A stretch of 64,000 nucleotides of DNA from Myxococcota bacterium (GTDB lineage: Bacteria > Myxococcota_A > UBA9042 > PHBI01 > JACKFB01), in contig JAWKRR010000013.1 of assembly GCA_041389525.1 (NCBI GenBank), positions 68,976 through 132,975 of the forward strand. The letters run 5' to 3'. The notes under the pieces are model-generated. The model was given only the letters and a program-made list of their open reading frames with translations, ran no database searches and was not told where the DNA came from. Numbering within the stretch: the stretch's first letter is position 1; each line of letters begins with the position of its first letter. The position numbers were made by a program, and so were the translations under genes. Of this stretch, positions 48,393-57,492 are shown piece by piece.

Positions 48393-48722
48393 ATGAGAAA
48401 GGCGCTGAGCACCGCGCTGCTGACCCTCGTTACCCTTTGCCTGCTTGCCCCGATGGCTCTCGCCGCGGACGGCGCGGCCGATAACCAGTTCACCGTCAAC
48501 GCCTACTTGGCGCTCGGTGCGGGCCTCGGCCTCGGTCTGGCGGCCTTCGGCGGCGCGCTCGGACAGGGCAAGGCTTCGGCCGCTGCCCTCGAAGGCATCG
48601 CCCGCAACCCCGGCGCGTCCGACAAGATCTTCACCCCGATGATCCTCGGCCTCGCCCTTATCGAGTCCCTGGTCATCTACTCGCTCCTCATCTCCTTCCT
48701 GCTCCAGGGCAAGATCGGATGA
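48393..48722 (+). CDS. atpE: F0F1 ATP synthase subunit c, with a ~25-aa N-terminal signal-like presequence.
   Basis: Gly-rich helix 1 (LGAGLGLGLAAFGGALGQG), loop ARNP, and ion-binding Glu in LIESLVIY. RBS AAGGAG lies 9 nt upstream of the ATG. Confidence 0.8.
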   Translation: MRKALSTALLTLVTLCLLAPMALAADGAADNQFTVNAYLALGAGLGLGLAAFGGALGQGKASAAALEGIARNPGASDKIFTPMILGLALIESLVIYSLLISFLLQGKIG

Positions 48723-48764
48723 AGCGCGGCCGCCTGCTTTCGCGGGCGGCGGTGTGAATCACGA

Positions 48765-48810
48765 AGCCAGCCGGGATCGTCTCGATCCCGCGCTGGCTTT
48801 GTCATTTCTG
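48765..48810 (+). terminator. Putative intrinsic terminator downstream of atpE.
   Basis: Inverted repeat AGCCAGCCGGGATCG-TCTC-GATCCCGCGCTGGCT followed by the T-rich TTTGTCATTTCT. Confidence 0.4.
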
Positions 48811-48886
48811 GAGACGCGCTCAGGGCGCGAGCGCCGGCCCGACCCAGAGGTCAGCCGGCTGTCGAGCCCGCCACAAGCCCAGAAGG

Positions 48887-50626
48887 TCAGTCGACTTCCG
48901 GCTGGACGAGCAGCAGCTCGGCGGCGTAGCGCGGCTCCAGGTCATGGGCGTGCACTCGACCCAGCGCCAGGACCAGCTCGGCCATCGCGGCCTCCATCCA
49001 GTCCCGGACGGGCGCCGAGACGTGCGGCAGCAGCGCGTCCATGGCGCGGCGGGCCGGCAGGCCCAGCGTGGGCGCGTCCGCCTCGCCGCCCTTGTCGAAG
49101 AGCAGCGCGAAGGCGCTGACCAGCTCGGCCTTGCTGAGCGGGTTGAAGCCCAGCTCGCCGTCGATGAGCACGTGCGCCATGGCGGTTCGAAACAGCGTCT
49201 GTAGCCGGACCTGCTGCTTCGCCGCGTCGCTGAGTCCGCCCAGATTCGCCGCGAGCAGCGCCTCCGGGGTGAAGCCCAGGTGCTGCTCGAAGAAGCTCAG
49301 CACCCCCTCGGCGTCGCTGAGCAGCGCCTCGACGCGGACGAGGTCCTCGATGGTCGTGAAGTCGCGGTAGCCCATGCTCCCTTCGCGCTCGACCCCTTCG
49401 AAAAAGCGAGGCCGCGTCTGAGCGGTCGCCTCGATCGCGCTGTGGCTGGGCTCGCCCATCAGGCCCAGCCCGAGCCGCGCGCCCGAGCGCCGCTCGATGC
49501 TGCGCGCGCGCTTGGCCAGCTGGACCGTCAGGCTGTGCCCGACGCGGAAGATCGGCTCGGCCCACAGGCGCCGCAGCACCTCGGCGCCCGTCGCGGCCGA
49601 CTCGTCGGCGAGATGAGACAGCCCGAGATTTGTCAGGGCCGCCACGTGCCGCCCGACCGCGGGCAGCTCGTCGGTGTGCGAGAGATCGCCAGTCCAGGCC
49701 ATGAAGACCTTGTGGACGAGGTACGCGAAGGCCTCGGCGATGCGCGCCCGCTCTTCGTCGTCCAGCAGCTGCAGCGCCGCGCCCAGCAGGGCAGGGGGCT
49801 CGATGTCCCGCAGCGCCAGGTCCTGCACGCTGCCGCCCATGTCGATGGTGGGCAGCGACGGCCGCACCCGCTCGAGATGCTCGCGCACCCGCTGGCGCGC
49901 CCGCCCCGGGTCCAGCCACTTGTACGCGCGGGGCGCCTCCTCCGGCCCGACGAAGCCCATCTCCTCGAGCCGTCCCTGGCGAAAGAAGATGAGGCTCTCC
50001 TCGATGCTCGACGGCAGCTCAAACCGCGCCGCCAGCAGAAGCTCGCGCATGCGCCCGGGGTCGGCGGACCACAAGAGGCTCATCAGGCCGCGCAGGCGCT
50101 CGGCGAGCTCTTCGTCCTCGTGCGGCACCGTCACCCAGTACGCGAAGTCGGGCGTCTGGAAGAGCTGCAGCTCGTCGGGGACCGTGTCCGTCTCGAGATC
50201 GGCCGGGTAGACCTGCACCCGCGACGTGAAGAGCAGCACCAGCAGCTCGTCCTCGGTCTGCCGCACGACCCGCTGGGCCGTCTCGAGGTTGGCGGAGTTC
50301 GCGATGTCCAGCCAGGACAGCCAGCGCTCGAAGCGCACCTCGTGGCCGGACCAGAGATCCAGGTCCAGCAGGCCGCGGATCTGCTCGTTGGACGCCAGCT
50401 CGAGCAGCGCGCCCGCGTCGTGCGCCCCGATATCCTTTACTAGGAAGTAGAACTCGCCGGTGCTGAAGCTGCGGACCATCGCCTTGGGATCGGCGAGATC
50501 GAGCAGCCAGTTCAGCTTCTTCATCCCGTTGGCGCCGCGCAGCGCCGCGGGCATGCGCGCCCGCCCGGCGATGTCGGCGAGGGAACGGGTGGACTCGGAC
50601 GTACGGGGGGCGTTTGAATCAGTCAT
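48887..50626 (-). CDS. Hypothetical conserved protein (579 aa, start MTDSNAPRTSES).
   Basis: The long ORF has a junk Ala/Arg-rich N-terminal extension, so the start was placed at the ATG at 50626. No family recognised. Confidence 0.45.
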   Translation of the reverse strand: MTDSNAPRTSESTRSLADIAGRARMPAALRGANGMKKLNWLLDLADPKAMVRSFSTGEFYFLVKDIGAHDAGALLELASNEQIRGLLDLDLWSGHEVRFERWLSWLDIANSANLETAQRVVRQTEDELLVLLFTSRVQVYPADLETDTVPDELQLFQTPDFAYWVTVPHEDEELAERLRGLMSLLWSADPGRMRELLLAARFELPSSIEESLIFFRQGRLEEMGFVGPEEAPRAYKWLDPGRARQRVREHLERVRPSLPTIDMGGSVQDLALRDIEPPALLGAALQLLDDEERARIAEAFAYLVHKVFMAWTGDLSHTDELPAVGRHVAALTNLGLSHLADESAATGAEVLRRLWAEPIFRVGHSLTVQLAKRARSIERRSGARLGLGLMGEPSHSAIEATAQTRPRFFEGVEREGSMGYRDFTTIEDLVRVEALLSDAEGVLSFFEQHLGFTPEALLAANLGGLSDAAKQQVRLQTLFRTAMAHVLIDGELGFNPLSKAELVSAFALLFDKGGEADAPTLGLPARRAMDALLPHVSAPVRDWMEAAMAELVLALGRVHAHDLEPRYAAELLLVQPEVD

Positions 50627-50795
50627 GGACGGCCCTTGATAGGCACGCGCGCGGCGTCGGGCAAGGCGCGGCGCCGCGAATCGATCGGGGACGCCTGGCC
50701 GAGATGACCGGACCGTCGAGGACGCTCGTACTTGCGCCCGAGCATGTGAGCGCATAGAACGGCTCGCCTCTGCCCTCGGGAGACCGGTCGCCGTC

Positions 50796-53700
50796 ATGCC
50801 CTTCGATGCCCTCCGCGACTTTGTCGAACGCCACGGCCACCTGGTCGCGCTGGTGCTCGCCGCGGTCGTGCTGTTCACCGGGCTTGGCCGATCGGGGCTG
50901 TGGGAGCCGTGGGAGATGGACCGCGCCGATCTCGCGCGGACCTTGGTCGAGCCCGCGCAGGTGGCGGCCGCCGTCGCGACGGACACCGGCGCGCTGCGGA
51001 CCAGCGTCGACACGGCGGCGGCTGAGGCTGATCTGGTCGTGCGCCACGCCAGCGCAGACGCACTCACTACGCGCAACCCCACCGGCGGCGCGCGCCTCGT
51101 CCGCGAGACCCTCGATCGCGCGCGCACCGACGTGGTCGCCGCGGTGGTCATCGACGGCGCCCTCATCGGCAGCCCGCGCGACACCGGCGTCGGGCTCGGC
51201 GCAGCGTGGAATTGGCTCGCCGAGGCCCTCGGCTACACCCCCAACGGCCAGGTGGTCGTGCTCTGGCCGGACGCCGACCTCGACATCGCCGCGATCGAGC
51301 GCGCCATCGGCGTCGCCCGCGTCCGCACCGGCTTCGAGGACCTGCGGAAGACCTTCCAATTGCAGGCCATCTCGTGGCCGCCGGCCGCCGACCCCTTCTG
51401 GGACACCGCCATCGCCCGCCTGCCGCCGCTGGACCGCCTCACCCACCTCAAGGCCAGCGATTCGGCAGGTCTGACCGAGATCCTTGAGGCCGCCGGCCGC
51501 TCCACCCGCCGCGTCGTCCAGTTCAAAGAGCGCGGCGAGACCCTGACCGCCGCCCCCCTCAGCGCCTGGCTCACCGCCGGCTTCTACGGGGCCATGGGGA
51601 CCTCCGAGTTCACCTCCCGCCTCGCCGGGGCGCTGCTGGCGTGGCTCACCGTGCTGGTGCTGGTCTTCGCCGCCCGCCGCCACTTCAGCGGCACCACGGC
51701 GCTCTTCGCGGGCATCGTCCTGGTCACCATCCCCCTCTTCTTCGCCGAAGCCCGCTCGGTCGCGAGCAACGCCGGCGCCACGCTCTCGGCGACCCTCTTC
51801 GGCGCGGCCCTGCTCGATCACGTCCGCTCCCCCCGAGATCCCCGCGTCTACATCCTGCTCGCCCTCGGCGCCGTCGTCGGCCTGCTCGCCTCCGGCCTCA
51901 CCGCGCTGCTGGTCGGCGCGGTCATGGCGGCCTCGGTCGTCCTGGTCAGCGGCCGCCGCACCTTCGAAGACTGGCTCCCCACCATCGCGCTGGGCGCCAT
52001 CCTCGCCATCGCCGCCCTCGTCGTGCTGCAGAGCCCGTCGGACGGCTTCGCGGGCCAATTCCGCTTTACGCAGCCGCTCTTCACCGAAGGCCCCAGCGCC
52101 TACGAGCGCAACTTCGACTACGCCATCAAGCGCATCGGCTTCGGCACCTTCCCCTGGTCGGCCGCCATCATCGTCGCGTTCGGCGCGCTCTTGTGGAGCG
52201 CCACCCACGACCAAGACCGCCGCAGCCTCACCCTCGTCATCTGGCTCGCCGTCCCCGCCGTCGCGACCATGGGCCTGCTCAAGGGCTTCAACCAGACCCA
52301 CTTCACCGGCCCCGCCGCCATGGCCCTCGGCACCGCCCTCTTCTTGGACCAGCTCACCCGCCGCGGCCTCTGGAGCCGCGTGGTCGCCTTCTTCCTCCTC
52401 CTCACCACGCTCATCCTTTGGAAGGAGCTCTCGGCCAGCCCCCAACCCCTCGCCGACCTCCTGGCCTACGACCCGCCCTTCGCCGACAAGCCCGGCCAGC
52501 GCTTCCCCTCCGACGTCCACCTCCCCAAGACCGCCATGCTGCTGGTCTTCGCGCTCTCGGGCCTCCTGCTGGTCCACGTCACCCGCCTGGTCACCGTCGC
52601 CGCCCGCATCGCCGCGTTCTTCCGCCGCGAGCGCCCCGCCTCCATCGCCGGCGCCATCTTCCTCGTCATCCTCCCGCTGATGTGGCTGGTCCGCGTCCTC
52701 GGCAAGTACGTCGGCGGCATGAATCTCCCGACGGCGTCAGGGCTTTCGGACGCCCAGCGCACCTTCGCCTCCTCCTTTCTGCTCTCGACCGACCCCGCCG
52801 TGCTGCTCTCCTGGATGGCGCTCGGGCTCGTCCTGGTCCTGAAGGTCTCTGAGTTCCTGGCCCCGCCGCTCCAGCGCTGGGGCCGCGCCTACGCCGCCCC
52901 CCGCGAGGGCGTCTCGGTCATCGGCCTGCCTCTGCGCGGCCTCGGCGTCCTCGCGGTCCTCAGCGCCCGCTGGCTCGTCGTCTTCCCGCTGCGTGGCGCC
53001 CGCCGCCTCACCGTCGCCGCGTTCGGTCGGGTGTCCGCCTCGGTCGCCCTCTACGCCGGCGCCGCCTTCGCCATCATCAGCGCCGTCGCCATGCTGCTCT
53101 CGGTCAGCGCGCCCGACGGCTACTGGGCCGAGACCCTCGGCAACCTCAGCACCGTCGGCGTCGTCGCCCTCGGCCTGCTCCTCGCCTTCTGGGTCCGCTC
53201 GACCACGGGCCGCCTCGGCGACGCCGCCCTCGCCGCCACCTCGCTCTTCGCCATCGTCCTGGCCACCCGCCTCTCCCGCGACGCCGACCACCGCCCCATC
53301 TACGTCACGGTCTTCGTCGTGCTCTCAGGCCTCGCCTTCGCCCGCGTCCTCGCCCCCCGCCTCGCGCGCGACTTCTCGGCCTTCGCCCGCGAGGGCGGCG
53401 TCCTGGCCGCGCTCGCGCTCTTCGCCCTGACCTTGCCGCTGCTCGACCGCTGGGACGCCATGGCGCCGCTCCTCTACCCTGACGCCACCGAGAATCTCAC
53501 CCGCTACCTGCTCTTCGAGTCGCGCACCACCGCCCTGGCCCTCATCGCCCTGCTCGGCGTCGCCCTCAACGTCTGGCTCCCGCGCAGCTTCACCCTGCGC
53601 ATCTCGCGCCTCGCCTCCCCGCTCGAGCGCGGCCCCGCCGCCGCCTTCGGCCTGCTCACCGCCGCCATCCTCTTCACCGCGCTCGCCGCCGGCGCCTTCT

Positions 53701-54962
53701 ACCCGACGCTCTCAGAGCACGTCAGCCAGAAGCACGTGCTCGAGACCTACCGCGACGCCGAGGGCATCGCCCCCCACACCATGGGCACCCGCATCGTCCG
53801 CCACGGCTCCTTCGGCACCTCCGGCCGCAAGGACTCGAACTTCTACACGGCCGACATCCCCGAGATCCGCGACCGCCAGACCGCCCTGCGCGTGCTGCTC
53901 GGCGAGAGCGACACCTCAGCGTCCGTCGAGACGACCACCGGCACCATGGCCCGTGTCTTCCCTGGCTGGGACCCGAAGAACGACGCCGACTCCGACGGCA
54001 AGCGCGATTTCCTCGTCGAGCGCGGGGTCGCGACCGCGGTGGCCCCCGGCCGCATGATGGACTCGACCCGCGCCTGGGCGCCCGACAGCCTCAAGGGCCG
54101 CGTCCTCATCGACTCCGAGGGGCGCCAGTGGACGGTCACCGGCAACGACGCGACCTCGCTGTCCCTGGAAGGCCCGGGCGTCGTGTCCTACTCGCCGACC
54201 TCGCCCGAGAAGAGCGCCTACGTCCTCGACGACCCGAAAGCGCCAGTCCACACCGCGACCGCCGAGGCCCGCGCCCGCTGGTACGAGCTGCTGCCCGCCG
54301 AGAACTTCTCCGAGCTCAACCACGCGTTCCGAGAGATCTCGGGCGGGCGTCACATCCCCGTTCTGGACGGCCGGTCAAGCCGCGTTCTGCTAGGCGCGAG
54401 CTGGCTAGAAGACGGCGAGGAGAACCAGAACCGCTACGCCGCCCACACCATGACGCGCGCCGAGTTCGACGCCCTGGACGACCCCAAGATCCACCGCGGC
54501 TGGGCCAACTTCCAGGACACTATCCGCGTGCTGGGCTACCGCCTCGACGAGGACGTCATCTCGCGCGGCAAGGGCTACAGGCTGTCGGTCTACTACGAGG
54601 CGATCGGCGAGATCCGGACCTCTTACAAGATCTTCATGCACATCGACCGCCAGGGCACCTCCAACCGCATCCACGGCGACCACTGGCCGCTGAACCTTCC
54701 CGGCGCCGGCACCGAGGGCGAAGAGGAAGGCAAGATCTGCGTGGGCTGCTACCGCACCGACCACTGGATGCAGGGCGACGTCGTCGTCGACGTCTACGAG
54801 GGGGAGGTGCCGGTCGGCACGCCGTCCGGCCCGCAGGACATCTGGGTCGGCTTCTACACGCCCGGCAGCGATGAGCGGCTGAAGGTGAAGAACTGGGACG
54901 AGGGCCGGATTCGGCACGACGGCCAAAACCGCGTGCGCATCGGCACCTTCCAGGTCCGGTGA
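50796..54962 (+). CDS. Large (1,388 aa) polytopic membrane protein with a GT-C-like (ArnT/PMT family 39-like) N-terminus and a ~500-aa C-terminal soluble domain. Putative glycosyltransferase.
   Basis: First TM helix then GLWEPWEMDRA loop, reminiscent of the ArnT/PMT (GLWEPDEARYA) DE-loop. At least 20 predicted TM helices. Its stop overlaps the pilD start (GTGATG). Confidence 0.4.
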   Translation: MPFDALRDFVERHGHLVALVLAAVVLFTGLGRSGLWEPWEMDRADLARTLVEPAQVAAAVATDTGALRTSVDTAAAEADLVVRHASADALTTRNPTGGARLVRETLDRARTDVVAAVVIDGALIGSPRDTGVGLGAAWNWLAEALGYTPNGQVVVLWPDADLDIAAIERAIGVARVRTGFEDLRKTFQLQAISWPPAADPFWDTAIARLPPLDRLTHLKASDSAGLTEILEAAGRSTRRVVQFKERGETLTAAPLSAWLTAGFYGAMGTSEFTSRLAGALLAWLTVLVLVFAARRHFSGTTALFAGIVLVTIPLFFAEARSVASNAGATLSATLFGAALLDHVRSPRDPRVYILLALGAVVGLLASGLTALLVGAVMAASVVLVSGRRTFEDWLPTIALGAILAIAALVVLQSPSDGFAGQFRFTQPLFTEGPSAYERNFDYAIKRIGFGTFPWSAAIIVAFGALLWSATHDQDRRSLTLVIWLAVPAVATMGLLKGFNQTHFTGPAAMALGTALFLDQLTRRGLWSRVVAFFLLLTTLILWKELSASPQPLADLLAYDPPFADKPGQRFPSDVHLPKTAMLLVFALSGLLLVHVTRLVTVAARIAAFFRRERPASIAGAIFLVILPLMWLVRVLGKYVGGMNLPTASGLSDAQRTFASSFLLSTDPAVLLSWMALGLVLVLKVSEFLAPPLQRWGRAYAAPREGVSVIGLPLRGLGVLAVLSARWLVVFPLRGARRLTVAAFGRVSASVALYAGAAFAIISAVAMLLSVSAPDGYWAETLGNLSTVGVVALGLLLAFWVRSTTGRLGDAALAATSLFAIVLATRLSRDADHRPIYVTVFVVLSGLAFARVLAPRLARDFSAFAREGGVLAALALFALTLPLLDRWDAMAPLLYPDATENLTRYLLFESRTTALALIALLGVALNVWLPRSFTLRISRLASPLERGPAAAFGLLTAAILFTALAAGAFYPTLSEHVSQKHVLETYRDAEGIAPHTMGTRIVRHGSFGTSGRKDSNFYTADIPEIRDRQTALRVLLGESDTSASVETTTGTMARVFPGWDPKNDADSDGKRDFLVERGVATAVAPGRMMDSTRAWAPDSLKGRVLIDSEGRQWTVTGNDATSLSLEGPGVVSYSPTSPEKSAYVLDDPKAPVHTATAEARARWYELLPAENFSELNHAFREISGGRHIPVLDGRSSRVLLGASWLEDGEENQNRYAAHTMTRAEFDALDDPKIHRGWANFQDTIRVLGYRLDEDVISRGKGYRLSVYYEAIGEIRTSYKIFMHIDRQGTSNRIHGDHWPLNLPGAGTEGEEEGKICVGCYRTDHWMQGDVVVDVYEGEVPVGTPSGPQDIWVGFYTPGSDERLKVKNWDEGRIRHDGQNRVRIGTFQVR

Positions 54963-55891
54963 TGGACGGCGTCGGCCTGGGCCTCGCCTTCGCAGCGCTG
55001 ATCTTCGTGCTCGGCGCCTCCATCGGCTCATTTCTCAACGTCGTCATCTACCGGCTGCCCGCCCGGCTCTCCATCGTGCGGCCGGCCAGCCGCTGCCCAA
55101 GCTGCGAGACGCCGATCCTGGCGCGCCACAACGTGCCGATCCTCGGCTGGCTGGCGCTCCGCGGGCGCTGCGCCGCGTGTGGCGTCGAGATCTCCGCCCG
55201 CTACGCCCTGGTCGAGCTGACCATGGGCATCCTGGCCCTCGCCCTCTTCACCGACCTCGCCGGCGGCCTGCTCACCGCCGACCTGATGGTCTCGCCGGGC
55301 TTCCTCCTCGACGTCGTCGGCCCCTTCGTCCTCTACCTGACGTTCTTGGCCGGGTTGGTCGCCATCACCTTCATCGACCTGGACTGGTTCATCATCCCGG
55401 ACAGCCTGTCGCTGCCTGCGATCCCCCTGGGCCTGCTCGCCAGCTTCGCCGCCGGCCACGCGACGGGGGTGACCTGGGTCGACAGCCTCATCGGCGCGGC
55501 GGCCGGCGCGGGCGTCATCCTGGCGGTCATCTTGGGCTACGGCCTGCTCACCGGCCGCGAGGGCATGGGCGGCGGCGACTGGAAGCTGCTCGGCGCCATC
55601 GGCGCGTGGCTGGGCTGGCAGGGGCTGCCCTTCGTGCTCTTCGCCGCGTCGATTCAGGGCATCGCGCTCACGCTCATCTTGGGCCGCGCCTTCGCGGTCA
55701 GCGAGCTGCCGCCTGATCCTTCCGGTCAGGAGCCGCCTGCAGACGAAGCCCCGCCCGCGGACGCCGAGCCCGCCCGCTTCGGCCAGCTCGCGATCCCCTT
55801 CGGTCCCTTCTTGGCCCTCGCGGCCATCGAGTACCTGCTTTTCCGCCAGGAGATCCGCGGCTTCCTTTCGGCCGCCCTCTCATTCGGGTGA
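54959..55891 (+). CDS. pilD: Prepilin peptidase / N-methyltransferase (type IV leader peptidase, A24 family).
   Basis: Zinc-binding CPSCETPI...CAACG tetracysteine, catalytic region FIDLDWFIIPD, and GGGDWKLLGAIGAWLG. Confidence 0.85.
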   Translation: MMDGVGLGLAFAALIFVLGASIGSFLNVVIYRLPARLSIVRPASRCPSCETPILARHNVPILGWLALRGRCAACGVEISARYALVELTMGILALALFTDLAGGLLTADLMVSPGFLLDVVGPFVLYLTFLAGLVAITFIDLDWFIIPDSLSLPAIPLGLLASFAAGHATGVTWVDSLIGAAAGAGVILAVILGYGLLTGREGMGGGDWKLLGAIGAWLGWQGLPFVLFAASIQGIALTLILGRAFAVSELPPDPSGQEPPADEAPPADAEPARFGQLAIPFGPFLALAAIEYLLFRQEIRGFLSAALSFG

Positions 55892-55901
55892 GGATGCGAC
55901 C

Positions 55902-57479
55902 ATGCGCTGGGGCATCCGCACCCAAATCCTCGTGGCACTGGCGATCGTCTTAGGCTTCGGCCTCATCGCGTCCTACCTCGTCACCTCGCGCGTGACCCAG
56001 TCCGCCGTCGTCGAGTCCCGCGTCCGCCAAGCCCGCGAGGCCGCCGCCCTGGTCGCCGACGCCTTCGAGGGTGTCCCCGTCGAAGGCCACGCCCTGGCCG
56101 ATCTCACCGCCCGCATCCGCGCCATCACCGCGCCCGACATGGTCTACGTGCTCGGCCCCGACATGCTGCCCATCGCCGACTCCCCCGAGGGCCGCCGCTA
56201 CTTCGACCAGCTGCTGGAGCCTCGCGATCTGGCGGCCCTGCACCAGGGAAGCACCACCCACGAGGTCATCCGCGGCTCCGATGGCCGCCCCATCCTGGTG
56301 GTGATGTCGCCCTTCGTCGGCACCGCCCGCGCCCCCGGCACCGATCCCGTCCGCCAGCCCGTATCCATCTGCCTGATCGCCGATCTCGGCCCCACCATGG
56401 AGCGCGCCGATCGCATCGAGCGCCTCTTCCTCCTCTTCACCCTGACCATCCTCGTCCTCGCCGTGCTCCTCGGCTACATCCTGCTGGGCCGCACGGTGGT
56501 GCGCCCGGTCCACCAGCTCCTCCGCGTGGTCGCCCGCGTGTCCGGCGGCGGCGAACCCTCGCCATCGCTGGGAATCGCCCGCCCGTCCGGCGAGCTCGGC
56601 GAGCTGCACACGGCGTTTCAGAAGATGATCGACACGCTCCAGGCGGACCGGCGCCGCATCCAGCTCCAGGTCAGCGAGCTCGAGCACGCCAACCGCGCCA
56701 TCGCTCAGGCCCAGGAGCGCTTGGTCCGCACCGAGAAGCTCGCCAGCGTCGGCGAGCTGGCCGCCGGCGTCGCCCACGAGATCGGCAACCCCGTCGCGGT
56801 CTTGCAGGGCTACCTGGAGATGCTCTCCGACCCCGAGCTGCCGCCCGAGCGCCACGCCGAGTTCGTCGCCATCATGGAGAGTTCGGTCGAGCGCATCGGC
56901 ACCATCATCCGCGATCTGCTCGATTTCGCCCGCCCCGCCGAGGAGTCCGAGCCCATCTGCGACGCCGCGGCCGTCGCCCGCGCCGCGGCCAAGCTGGTCG
57001 GCCCCCAGAAGCGCTTCAAGACGCTCTCCCTTCGCCTGCACCTGCCCGACGGCGTCGTCCCCACGGCGATCCCGGCCGGCCGCCTCGAGCAAGTCCTCGT
57101 CAACCTGCTGCTCAACGCCGCCGACGCCAGCCCCGCCGAGGGCTCAGTCGACCTGCGCGTCGTCGCCCGCCCCGGCCAGGTCGAAATCACCATCGCGGAC
57201 CAGGGCATGGGCATCACCCAGACCGGCCTCAACAAGATCTTCGACCCCTTCTTCACCACCAAAGAGCCCGGCAAGGGCACCGGCTTGGGCCTGGCCGTCT
57301 GCCACGGCATCGCCCAATCCTACGGCGGCTCCATCGAGGCGCTCAGCACGGTAGGGAAGGGCGCCAGCTTCACCGTGGTGCTGCCGTCCGCCGAGCGCGT
57401 CGAGCCCGCCGATCGGGCCCAGACCGTCATCAGTGACGCGCCAAATTTCGCCGACATTGAGTCGAAGTCCGCAGACTGA
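55902..57479 (+). CDS. Sensor histidine kinase (TM, HAMP, HisKA, HATPase_c).
   Basis: H-box AHEIGNPVAV, N-box LLLNAADAS, G-boxes DQGMGI and GTGLGLAVC. Confidence 0.8.
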   Translation: MRWGIRTQILVALAIVLGFGLIASYLVTSRVTQSAVVESRVRQAREAAALVADAFEGVPVEGHALADLTARIRAITAPDMVYVLGPDMLPIADSPEGRRYFDQLLEPRDLAALHQGSTTHEVIRGSDGRPILVVMSPFVGTARAPGTDPVRQPVSICLIADLGPTMERADRIERLFLLFTLTILVLAVLLGYILLGRTVVRPVHQLLRVVARVSGGGEPSPSLGIARPSGELGELHTAFQKMIDTLQADRRRIQLQVSELEHANRAIAQAQERLVRTEKLASVGELAAGVAHEIGNPVAVLQGYLEMLSDPELPPERHAEFVAIMESSVERIGTIIRDLLDFARPAEESEPICDAAAVARAAAKLVGPQKRFKTLSLRLHLPDGVVPTAIPAGRLEQVLVNLLLNAADASPAEGSVDLRVVARPGQVEITIADQGMGITQTGLNKIFDPFFTTKEPGKGTGLGLAVCHGIAQSYGGSIEALSTVGKGASFTVVLPSAERVEPADRAQTVISDAPNFADIESKSAD

Positions 57480-57492
57480 GAGGATCGGGCTC

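Noticed and set aside
48392-48722. One-nt inconsistency in the atpE ORF coordinates. The listed span is 331 nt, and the displayed sequence reads GGATTG rather than GGATGA at the expected stop.
   Set aside because: Most likely a coordinate or display artefact. The protein is a canonical subunit c, so it was annotated as 48393..48722. It was not interpreted as a frameshift or recoding event.
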